Shown: in pieces, positions 23,769-31,576 of the stretch | How the letters are laid out: each line of letters starts with the position of its first letter | Numbering within the stretch: the stretch's first letter is position 1 | NCBI GenBank assembly: GCA_035948615.1 | Contig: DASZJB010000083.1 | Coordinates: forward strand, 1-41,453 | Length of the DNA: 41,453 bases | Source: Candidatus Dormiibacterota bacterium | GTDB lineage: Bacteria; Chloroflexota; Dormibacteria; Aeolococcales; Aeolococcaceae | Direction of reading: 5' to 3' | Position numbers and translations under genes: made by a program | The notes under the pieces: generated by a model | The model's input: the letters and a program-made list of their open reading frames with translations, nothing else | The model's database searches: none | Told to the model about the DNA's origin: nothing

Positions 23769-26246
23769 TCAGGCAATCGCCTCCTGCACCGACGGCGTCG
23801 AGCTGATCACGGAGAGCTTCACCTGATCACGGCCACCGCGCTTGGCCTGATACATGGCGATATCAGCGGCTCGGACAAGATCCTCGAGACGCGACCCCTG
23901 CTCCGGGAAGCTTGCGATCCCGATCGATGCGGTGACGTGGTCGATTCCCGTGCAGGCGGCCGGAATCGGGACGTTGCGCAGCGCTCGCCGAAGGTCGCCC
24001 GCGACGCGTTCAGCGCCCGACGCCTCGGCATCTCTGAGCACGAGGATGAACTCCTCGCCACCAAGACGCACCGCGGCGTCGCCGGCACGGGTGATGCGCC
24101 GCAATTCGGTTGCGACACGCTGGAGCACGGCATCGCCGGCCGCGTGACCGCCGCTGTCGTTGATGCTCTTGAAATGATCGAGGTCGACCAGGACCACGCT
24201 CAACGGCATGCCCCGACGCCGGGAGTCGGCGAGCTCGAGCTCACCCGCCTCGCGGAGCCAGCGGCTGTTGTACAGGCCGGTGAGGCCGTCGGTCGTCGCG
24301 CGTCGCGCGAGCTCCTGATACAGCTGGGCGTTGTGCCACGCCATCGCCGCCGTGTGCCCGAACAGCGTGGCCGTCTCGAGGTCCTCATCGGTGAAGCGAT
24401 TGAGACCCATACGCCTGCAATTGAGCATGCCGAGCTTGTGGTCGCCGGCCATGAGTGGGATCAGCAGCAGGGACTCGTGTTCGAACGGCGTGTTGGGCAC
24501 GGCGGCTGCCGCCGGGTGCGCGCCCGCATTGCCGAGATTCTGCGGTGTCCCTAACGCAAAAGCCCAGCCATTGACACCGACGGAGAGCGAGAACACGTCG
24601 GCCATGATCTCCGCGGATTGACGCCCGGTCGCGAACGCCGCGCTGAATCGATGGTGGTTGTGGTCAGCCTCGTAGATCGACAGGTCGTCGACCGGAACGA
24701 CGCGTTGCAGCTGCTCGGCGATTGCCGCGAGGATGCGTTGCGGATCATGCTCCGCCTGTAGCGCGAGCGCCGCGCGGCTCAGCGCGTGGGGGAGGCTCTC
24801 CGGCACCGGCAGCGCGGGGTGTGGCCGCCGCCGCGGCGCTTCGTGACTCGGTGCCGCGGGCTCGACCGACGCCGGGAAGCACTCGACTCGGCGGCCCGCA
24901 AACCACGCGGGCTGCACGAGGGTCGCGCCCTGGACCGCCGGCTCACCGAGTATCACGGGCTCGCAGAGCACGTTGCCCTGTCCGAATTGCACCCCGAGAT
25001 CCATGAGGCAGCGCAGGTCCGACTCGGTCTCGATCCCCTCGGCGATGATCCGCGCGTCGATGTGCGTACCGAACGAGAGCATCGACACCACAAGGGCGCG
25101 TCGTGAATCGCTGGAGTGCACTCCCCGGATCAGGTCGCGATCGATCTTGATGAAGTCCGGGCGCACCTCGGCGATGACGAGCATGCTCGCGTGCCCGGCG
25201 CCCGCGTCGTCGATGGCGATCCGGAACCCGCGGGCGCGGAGGTCGGCCACCACGCGGCGAAGGCGGGCGACGTTGGGCACCGGCACACGCTCGCTCACCT
25301 CGAGAACGATGTGCTCGGGGAGCACCCCGGCGTCGTCCGCGAACTGAGCCAGACGCACCGCAGCGTTTGGCTGCGAGAGCGTCGACAGCATCACGTTGAG
25401 GAACAGGGTGGCGGGCATGGTGTGGACGCTCCCCTCAAGGCCCGCACGGATGCATGCCTCGTCGAGGTCCTTCTCCAGTGCGCCCCCCGCGGCGTCGAAG
25501 AGAGCGCTCGGCACCTGCGGGCCCGCGCCGGGATTGATGCGGCAGAGCGACTCGTACCCCAGGGTGACCCCGTCGAGCAGGCGAATGATCGGCTGCATCG
25601 CCGGACGGATGCCGCCGGACTCGATCAGTCCGCGGACGAGGTCGGGCATCGTTCCGGGGACGTCCGCGGACACCGGCTCCGGGACGACACCGCCACCGAG
25701 GCGCCGCCAGGCAGGTCCGAGCTGGGCGGCGACCACCTGCAGGAAGGGCAGCGCATCGATGCTCACCTGATCGCTCCGCCAGGTGACCAGCACGCCGAGC
25801 AGGTCGTCGCCTCGCTCCACCGGCACCGCGGTGAAGGGTCCGTCGCCGATCTCACTCCGCAGCGCCGCCCGCTCGGCGGCCGAGAGATGCGGGACCAGGC
25901 TCATGAACGACGTTGAGAGGTCCGGACTGGTGGCCGGCGCTCGCCGGGTGGCGGCCGCGTGGACGCACGGGATCGCGCTGGTGCGCAGGTGCAGGCTGGT
26001 GAGCGGCTGCCCCAGGATGGTCTCGACTCGGGCGATCGACTCGGTCTCGATCGAATCGGCGAGCAGCCTGATCCGATCCCCGTCGAGCTCGGCGAGGTAG
26101 CTTCGGAACCCGAGATCGCGGAGGCAGCCGCCGGTCAACTCGAGGAGCTCGTCCCGCGACTCTGCGCGCGCGATGCTCCGGCTCAATTGGGACAGCGTGC
26201 GCAACGCTCGCCGCGACGAGTAAGCGTGAACCTTCTCCAGTTGCAT
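23769..26246 (-). CDS. c-di-GMP turnover protein, GAF-like / EAL / GAF / GGDEF
   Basis: The EAL residues look intact: GYESL, EVSERV, IAIDDAGAGHASM, KIDRD, IAEGIETE and QGN. The GGDEF domain has the RAGD I-site five residues before GGEEF. Confidence 0.95.
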   Translation of the reverse strand: MQLEKVHAYSSRRALRTLSQLSRSIARAESRDELLELTGGCLRDLGFRSYLAELDGDRIRLLADSIETESIARVETILGQPLTSLHLRTSAIPCVHAAATRRAPATSPDLSTSFMSLVPHLSAAERAALRSEIGDGPFTAVPVERGDDLLGVLVTWRSDQVSIDALPFLQVVAAQLGPAWRRLGGGVVPEPVSADVPGTMPDLVRGLIESGGIRPAMQPIIRLLDGVTLGYESLCRINPGAGPQVPSALFDAAGGALEKDLDEACIRAGLEGSVHTMPATLFLNVMLSTLSQPNAAVRLAQFADDAGVLPEHIVLEVSERVPVPNVARLRRVVADLRARGFRIAIDDAGAGHASMLVIAEVRPDFIKIDRDLIRGVHSSDSRRALVVSMLSFGTHIDARIIAEGIETESDLRCLMDLGVQFGQGNVLCEPVILGEPAVQGATLVQPAWFAGRRVECFPASVEPAAPSHEAPRRRPHPALPVPESLPHALSRAALALQAEHDPQRILAAIAEQLQRVVPVDDLSIYEADHNHHRFSAAFATGRQSAEIMADVFSLSVGVNGWAFALGTPQNLGNAGAHPAAAAVPNTPFEHESLLLIPLMAGDHKLGMLNCRRMGLNRFTDEDLETATLFGHTAAMAWHNAQLYQELARRATTDGLTGLYNSRWLREAGELELADSRRRGMPLSVVLVDLDHFKSINDSGGHAAGDAVLQRVATELRRITRAGDAAVRLGGEEFILVLRDAEASGAERVAGDLRRALRNVPIPAACTGIDHVTASIGIASFPEQGSRLEDLVRAADIAMYQAKRGGRDQVKLSVISSTPSVQEAIA

Positions 26247-26471
26247 TTCGTCGCAGGATCGGATGCGCCGCCAGCGGAGCCGATGACGACGTTGTCGCAG
26301 GGCACCATCAATGGGTGTCCGAGTTGTGGGACCACCCCATGTGCGAACTCAGGCAGCCATTACCGCGCCTCGCGTTACTAGCCCGTCACCGCTTGGGATG
26401 GCGCTGCGTCGCAGTGGTCTTAAGACAATGGCTCCACCGTCAAAAGGGGCACTGTCCCGAGGAGGATTGTC

Positions 26472-26606
26472 ATGGGTAGGCTGAACCGCTGGGTCAGGCT
26501 GGGGGTTGTCATCGTGGTCGCGAGTCTCTCGCTGGGGACCGCGACGATCGCCGCGTCAGCATCGACGTCGAGCACGACCCCGTTACCGCAGGTGCACGTG
26601 CACTGA
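26472..26606 (+). CDS. 44-aa secreted peptide precursor
   Basis: Hand translation gives MGRLNRWVRLGVVIVVASLSLGTATIAASASTSSTTPLPQVHVH. GAGGAGG (26459-26465) lies 6 nt before the ATG. It has a basic n-region, a hydrophobic core and an A-x-A site. Most third positions are G/C. It is below the ORF-track cutoff. Confidence 0.6.
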   Translation: MGRLNRWVRLGVVIVVASLSLGTATIAASASTSSTTPLPQVHVH

Positions 26607-26618
26607 GAGCCGAGTCGA

Positions 26619-26820
26619 ACGAAGGGGTGTCGCCGCTGAACCGCGAGCGCCCCTGGTGAAATCGGAGCGAGTGGTGGACGCCGTCGACACGCCGGCCGGC
26701 AGGCGTCCCGCTCCTCCGTTGGACGGGAACCGAGCGCTGGGGTATCCCGGGATGGTCGAGCGGTGCCGACGGTCGGCGGATGGGCGACACCGATTCGTGG
26801 GACGCTCGGTGCGAAGGTGT
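26619..26820 (+). promoter_or_regulatory. candidate structured leader RNA with alternative pairings upstream of the second GGDEF gene
   Basis: Segment B (26783-26798) pairs with A (26619-26634; 9 bp, a 2x2 loop, then 5 bp) or with the near-copy C (26812-26820; 5 bp, a bulge, then 4 bp). An internal stem-loop pairs 26664-26682 with 26702-14. I could not assign a class. Confidence 0.3.
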
Positions 26821-26861
26821 GACGTGGAGTACGGGGGAACGGTGCCGATCAGAGAACCAAT

Positions 26862-28721
26862 GTGGGGGACAGCTTGAAATCCGCAGTCATGGGCAGCGCA
26901 GGAACCGGTCCGGCCGTGAAGCCGGTGGGGCCGGGAGTGGCGTTGCAACCGGTGATCGACCTCATCGACCGCGTCGACCTGGGGTATGAGGCGCTGCCAC
27001 GCCCCCTGGACTCCGCGCCCGGTGCGGTGATCGCAGCGGCCCTGAAGCTCGCCCAGCACACCGGCCCGGCGGTCCTGCTGATCCCGCTTCACCGGGACGT
27101 GATCACCGCGAAGGACTTTGATCTCGCGTCGCTGGCGCGGCGCCACGCTGTGAATCCCGGTGAGCTTGCCTGGATCGTCCAGAGCGAGACCGAGGCCGGC
27201 CTCGACGACGTGGGCCTTCGCCGTCTCCAGTCACTTCGCGACCTCGGGTTCCTGCTGGCGGTTGACGGTGTGCTCTCGCCGATCCTCGGCCAGAGGCTGA
27301 TCGCCGATCTCCGACCCGACTTCGTCTTCCTCGACGAGTCGGTGCCGGCCCGGCTGCACGAGAATGAGGTGGCAAAAGCCCACCTTGCGGCGGCCGTGGT
27401 GTACGTCGCCCGGCTGGGAGGCCGGATCGTCGCCCGCGGCATCGACACCAAGGCAACGGCCACGGCGATGGCCGAGCTTGGCGTCCAGTACGGGGTCGGT
27501 CCCCACCTGGCCCACCCGCTGGTCGTCGATGCCGAGATCGCCGAGCCCATGGATGAGGTGATCCCGGTGGCGTGGTTCCAGCGCCGCGAGGTCCGAGTCT
27601 TCCGGGAACGTGGCGACACGCTGAGCGCACCGATCGAGATGACGCCGCTGCCACTGCCTGGCGCCACCACGCTCGACGATCGGAGCTTCGCCCGGTTCCT
27701 GGTTGACGCCGCCCGCACCCTGCAGGCGGAACACGATCCCGAGCGGATTCTCGAGATCGCCGCGGAGCGGCTCGGCCAGGTGATGGCGTTCGATCGGCTC
27801 GCGATCTTCGAGGCGGACTGGGAGCGGCATCGCTTCCGGCCGCGTGTCCTCGCCGGTCCCGGCACCGAGGGGTTCCTCGCGATGGAGGTGACCTTGAACG
27901 ACGGCATCACCGGGTGGGCGTTTGGGCGCGGTCAGCCGTACCGCTGCGGTGATACCGACTCGCACCCGGCCGCGTCCACCATCCCGGGCACCGCGCGCGA
28001 GCCCGAGTCGCTGATCGCGATCCCGCTGGTTGCCGGTGACCAGCGCCTCGGTGTGCTCGACGTCTGGCGCGACAGCCTGGACGCCTTCACCGAGGAAGAC
28101 CTCGAGCGCTGTGCCTTGCTCGGATTCATCACCGCGGCGGCGTGGAGCAACGCTCAGATGTACGGCGAGCTGGAGCGACGCGCGCTGACCGATGCGCTGA
28201 CCGGGCTGTTCAACATTCGCTGGTGGCGGGACATGGGCCCGCGGGTCATGGCTCAGAGCCTCCGCACCGGGGCCGGCGTCGGCATCCTCCTCATGGACCT
28301 CGATCACTTCAAGCAGGTCAACGACAGTGCCGGTCACGCCGCCGGTGACTCGGTGTTGCGTGCGGTTGCGCGCGCGATCCGTCGCGTGGTGCGTGACAGC
28401 GACTACGCGGTGCGCTACGGCGGCGAGGAATTCCTCATCGTGCTGACCAACTCGACCGTCGACGGCGCGATGCGCGTGGCTCAGGCGCTGCAGAGCGCAG
28501 TTGCCGAGTTGCGGGCTCCCACGTCGGAGATCGAGCGGGTCACGGCATCGATCGGTGTCGCCGTCTTTCCCGACCACGGGCTCGAGCTCGACGATGTTGT
28601 TGCGGCGGCAGACCTCGCCATGTATCAGGCCAAGCGCGATGGCCGAGATCGCATTGCGGTCGCTCCCATCTCGATGCGCGAGCTGTCGGACGACGATCTG
28701 TCAGGCGACCGGCTTTCCTGA
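26862..28721 (+). CDS. paralog: degenerate EAL / GAF / GGDEF diguanylate cyclase
   Basis: The EAL-like region keeps GYEAL, but it reads LLAVDGV, FLDES and ARGIDT where DDxGxG, KxD and EGxE are expected. The GAF region parallels the neighbour (LQAEHDPERIL...). The GGDEF domain has the RDSD I-site before GGEEF. The start is GTG 26862 or ATG 26889. Confidence 0.9.
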   Translation: MGDSLKSAVMGSAGTGPAVKPVGPGVALQPVIDLIDRVDLGYEALPRPLDSAPGAVIAAALKLAQHTGPAVLLIPLHRDVITAKDFDLASLARRHAVNPGELAWIVQSETEAGLDDVGLRRLQSLRDLGFLLAVDGVLSPILGQRLIADLRPDFVFLDESVPARLHENEVAKAHLAAAVVYVARLGGRIVARGIDTKATATAMAELGVQYGVGPHLAHPLVVDAEIAEPMDEVIPVAWFQRREVRVFRERGDTLSAPIEMTPLPLPGATTLDDRSFARFLVDAARTLQAEHDPERILEIAAERLGQVMAFDRLAIFEADWERHRFRPRVLAGPGTEGFLAMEVTLNDGITGWAFGRGQPYRCGDTDSHPAASTIPGTAREPESLIAIPLVAGDQRLGVLDVWRDSLDAFTEEDLERCALLGFITAAAWSNAQMYGELERRALTDALTGLFNIRWWRDMGPRVMAQSLRTGAGVGILLMDLDHFKQVNDSAGHAAGDSVLRAVARAIRRVVRDSDYAVRYGGEEFLIVLTNSTVDGAMRVAQALQSAVAELRAPTSEIERVTASIGVAVFPDHGLELDDVVAAADLAMYQAKRDGRDRIAVAPISMRELSDDDLSGDRLS

Positions 28722-29909
28722 GGGAGCTATTCCGAGGGCGTCACTCCATTTGACTCGGCCACCCACGCGGAGCACCGAGTTGCGATAGATGCGCCCGGCG
28801 AGCGCAGCGAGGCCGGCGATCGTAGCGATCACGAGGACGACGCTGATCGCGACCTCCCAGAAGGGCGCAACCCCCGCCGCGATGCGCACCGGCATGATCA
28901 CCGGCGAGAGCATCGGGATGAACGAGAGCACCGTGGTCCCCGTGCCCCCAGGATCGGGTGCGGCGACCGTGATCGCCAGTATCCACGCGGCGACCAGCAC
29001 GCCAATGACGGGCAACGCCACGCTGGACACTTCTTCCTGGCGCGATACCATCGAGCCCGCAGCCGCAAACAGCAACGAATACATCAGGTAGCCCAGCACG
29101 AACCACACCATGCCGCTGATGACCACGTCGACACTGAGCGTTGGGATCGACACCAGCTTGGTGGCACTGGCGAGCACCAGGGCGACCCCCGCGACGAGCA
29201 CGACCTGCACCAGGGCGACCAGGCCGATGCCCGTGATCTTGCCTAACATCAGCTGCCACGGTCGGACCGTCGCGAGCAGGATCTCGACGATGCGATTCGA
29301 CTTCTCTTCGATCACTCCGGCCGCGACGAACTGCCCGTAGGCGAGCAGGGTGACGTAGAGCGTTCCCGCGACGAGGAGGCCGATGACGATCTGCTCGATG
29401 CGCCCAGCGTTGACGGGCGAGAGCTCATTGATGCCCACCGAGAAGTTGAGCTGGCCCAAGAGGTCGCTCGGAGCAAGGCCGTGCTGTGTCAGGTATTCCG
29501 TCAGCACCTGCTGGCGTGTCTGGTCGTTGAGCACCGTCTGCAGCGTCGGGTCCACCGTCGTCTGAACGAATACGGTGGTACCGGCTCCGGATCCGCTGAC
29601 CAGTGCGCTCAGAACGCCGCTCTGCACATCCGCCTTACCGGCCGCTAGCGACGTGTATGGGTGAACGGTGATCGTGACGCCGGCACCCGCCGCCTCGGCG
29701 CGCACCGGCGCCGAGATCGACTGCGCCGTCCCAACGAATCCCACATCGAGCGACGTCGTGGTCGATTGGTTGAACACATACGCCTGGAGCAGGATGTAAG
29801 CGCCGATCCCGATGAGTACGAGCACCGTCGAGATCGCAAAGACCCGCGTTCGAATGCGCGTCATGAACTCACGCGCGGCGATCACGCGGATCAACGTCTG
29901 GCTACTCAT
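28701..29909 (-). CDS. ABC-2 type exporter permease with a large first extracytoplasmic loop
   Basis: There is one N-terminal TM, a ~150-aa loop, then five C-terminal TM segments. ATG 29909 overlaps the ATPase stop (ATGAGTAG). Confidence 0.85.
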   Translation of the reverse strand: MSSQTLIRVIAAREFMTRIRTRVFAISTVLVLIGIGAYILLQAYVFNQSTTTSLDVGFVGTAQSISAPVRAEAAGAGVTITVHPYTSLAAGKADVQSGVLSALVSGSGAGTTVFVQTTVDPTLQTVLNDQTRQQVLTEYLTQHGLAPSDLLGQLNFSVGINELSPVNAGRIEQIVIGLLVAGTLYVTLLAYGQFVAAGVIEEKSNRIVEILLATVRPWQLMLGKITGIGLVALVQVVLVAGVALVLASATKLVSIPTLSVDVVISGMVWFVLGYLMYSLLFAAAGSMVSRQEEVSSVALPVIGVLVAAWILAITVAAPDPGGTGTTVLSFIPMLSPVIMPVRIAAGVAPFWEVAISVVLVIATIAGLAALAGRIYRNSVLRVGGRVKWSDALGIAPSGKPVA

Positions 29910-30804
29910 CGACCGCTTTCCCACTCATGACGTCTCGGAACAATTGGGTCAACGCCGGTCGATCGCGACGGAACTCGTGCACCGGGCCGGTGGCGAGCGC
30001 CGTCCGGAGCACCGCTTGCTCATCTGCACCGTCGTCGAGTTGGAGCAACCAGCGCGAGCCGTCCTGTTCGACAAGTGACGTCCCGGCGACGTGGTCATAC
30101 CAGCCTGCGGCCGCGGAGGGGGCGTCCACCCAGAAGCGCAGCGGACCGCGGTCGGTGAGTTCGGTGACGGTCCCGAGGGCAACCATCTGGCCGTGATTGA
30201 TGATCCCCACGCGGTCGCAGACCCTTTCGACGATGTCGAGCTGGTGGCTCGAGAGCACGACGGGTTTACCCGCATCGGCTTCCGCTCGCACGATCTCGGT
30301 CATCGCATCGACGGCGACTGGGTCGAGTCCTGCGAACGGCTCGTCGAGGACGAGCAAGTCCGGCGAGAACACCAGCGCCGCGGCAAGCTGCACGCGTTGC
30401 TGGTTGCCGTGGCTCAGGCTCTGGAGCTGGCTCTTCGCGCGATCGGCGAGTCCGAGCCGCTCGAGCAACGTGGTCGACGCCTCGCGCGCGGCCTTGCGGT
30501 TGAGCCCGTGCAGCTGCCCGAAGTACACAAGCTGCGCGATAACGGTCATCTTCGGATAGAGCCCGCGATCCTCCGGGATGTAGCCGATGCGCCGCCGGGT
30601 CTCGAACGTGATCGGCGATCCGTCCCAGATCACGCTTCCGGAGTCGGCCTCGAGCACACCGAGCACCACTCGCATCGTGGTGGTTTTGCCGGCGCCATTT
30701 GCGCCGACGAATCCGAAGATCTCACCCGGCGTGACGTTGAAGCTGAGGTCGTGGAGCGCCTCGAGAGCGCCGTAGCGCTTGGTCAGGTGACTAAGCTCCA
30801 GCAT
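29902..30804 (-). CDS. ABC transporter ATP-binding protein
   Basis: It has Walker A GANGAGKTT, signature LSHGNQQR and Walker B LLVLDEP. It was trimmed to ATG 30804 (MLELSHLTKRYG). Confidence 0.9.
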   Translation of the reverse strand: MLELSHLTKRYGALEALHDLSFNVTPGEIFGFVGANGAGKTTTMRVVLGVLEADSGSVIWDGSPITFETRRRIGYIPEDRGLYPKMTVIAQLVYFGQLHGLNRKAAREASTTLLERLGLADRAKSQLQSLSHGNQQRVQLAAALVFSPDLLVLDEPFAGLDPVAVDAMTEIVRAEADAGKPVVLSSHQLDIVERVCDRVGIINHGQMVALGTVTELTDRGPLRFWVDAPSAAAGWYDHVAGTSLVEQDGSRWLLQLDDGADEQAVLRTALATGPVHEFRRDRPALTQLFRDVMSGKAVDE

Positions 30805-30808
30805 CGTC

Positions 30809-31576
30809 GTGGATTCTCGCGGATTTGCCCCGCGCCTGCTCCGCAAGGTGCCCGAGGTCACTCCCGGCTTCTGGGTGACCAAGGTGCTGACCACCGGGAT
30901 GGGTGAGGCGACCTCGGATACGCTGGTCCGTCAGATCAGTCCGGTGCTCGCCGTCGCCCTGGGTTTTGTCGGACTTGTCGTCGCGCTGGCGCTGCAGTTT
31001 GCCGCGCCGCGATACCGCCCATGGATCTACTGGCTGGCCGTGGTCATGGTCGCCGTCTTCGGGACCATGGCCGCCGACGTCCTGCACATCCAGCTGGGAG
31101 TTCCGTATTTCGCCTCGAGCATTCTGTTTGCGGTGGGGCTCGCAGCCGTGTTCGCCGTGTGGTACTCCACCGAGCACACGCTCTCGATCCACTCGATCAA
31201 CACGCGGCGACGCGAGACCTTCTACTGGCTCGCGGTGATGGCGACCTTTGCCCTCGGCACCGCCACCGGGGACATGACGGCAACGACCTTCCACCTCGGA
31301 TACTTCGTCTCCGGGGTGGTGTTCACGGTCCTGATCGCGATCCCGGCGGTGGCCCACCGGTGGTTCGGGATGAACGCGATCTTCGCCTTCTGGTTCGCAT
31401 ACATCCTCACCCGGCCGCTCGGCGCGTCGTACGCCGACTGGGTTGGTGTGTCACACGCCCGCGGCGGTCTCAACTGGGGCTCGGGCAGCGTCAGCATCGG
31501 CATGACGGCACTGATCGTCATCGCGGTCGCGACGCTTGCAGCAACCCGAGAGGGCGCGCCCGACGATCAGCCCTAG
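30809..31576 (+). CDS. hypothetical polytopic membrane protein with a duplicated T-G-(E/D) motif (COG4705-like)
   Basis: FWVTKVLTTGMGEATSD and ALGTATGDMTA are repeat motifs, and there are about 8 TM segments. The start is GTG 30809 or in-frame GTG 30848. Confidence 0.75.
   Translation: MDSRGFAPRLLRKVPEVTPGFWVTKVLTTGMGEATSDTLVRQISPVLAVALGFVGLVVALALQFAAPRYRPWIYWLAVVMVAVFGTMAADVLHIQLGVPYFASSILFAVGLAAVFAVWYSTEHTLSIHSINTRRRETFYWLAVMATFALGTATGDMTATTFHLGYFVSGVVFTVLIAIPAVAHRWFGMNAIFAFWFAYILTRPLGASYADWVGVSHARGGLNWGSGSVSIGMTALIVIAVATLAATREGAPDDQP

Noticed and set aside
26283-26381. A 32-aa Cys/Ser/Thr-rich ORF (MTTLSQGTINGCPSCGTTPCANSGSHYRASRY) that looks superficially like a lanthipeptide/RiPP core.
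   Set aside because: GGAG is only 3 nt from the ATG. Third-position G/C is noticeably lower than in real genes here. It is simply the tail of a long antisense ORF over the GGDEF gene, and no lanthipeptide synthetase, cyclase, protease or dedicated exporter is nearby.
26616-26824. Assignment of the leader to a known riboswitch class (cobalamin, ydaO/c-di-AMP, c-di-GMP-I/II, TPP, glycine, ZTP).
   Set aside because: I saw only short partial resemblances: GGTGAAATCGG to the cobalamin core, and GAAATCGGAGCG..GG.GGAC to one half of ydaO. The defining elements are absent by eye (B12 box, ACGCAAAGCC, CUGAGA, CCGCCUGGGC and others). It needs an Infernal search.
26657-26877. A 73-aa frame (VKSERVVDAVDTPAGRRP...) spanning the leader between the peptide gene and the GGDEF gene; part of track ORF 26506..26877.
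   Set aside because: It is Arg-rich with many CGA/GGA/AGA codons and weak third-position bias. It has no SD and overlaps the peptide ORF out of frame. It is more consistent with non-coding structured RNA.
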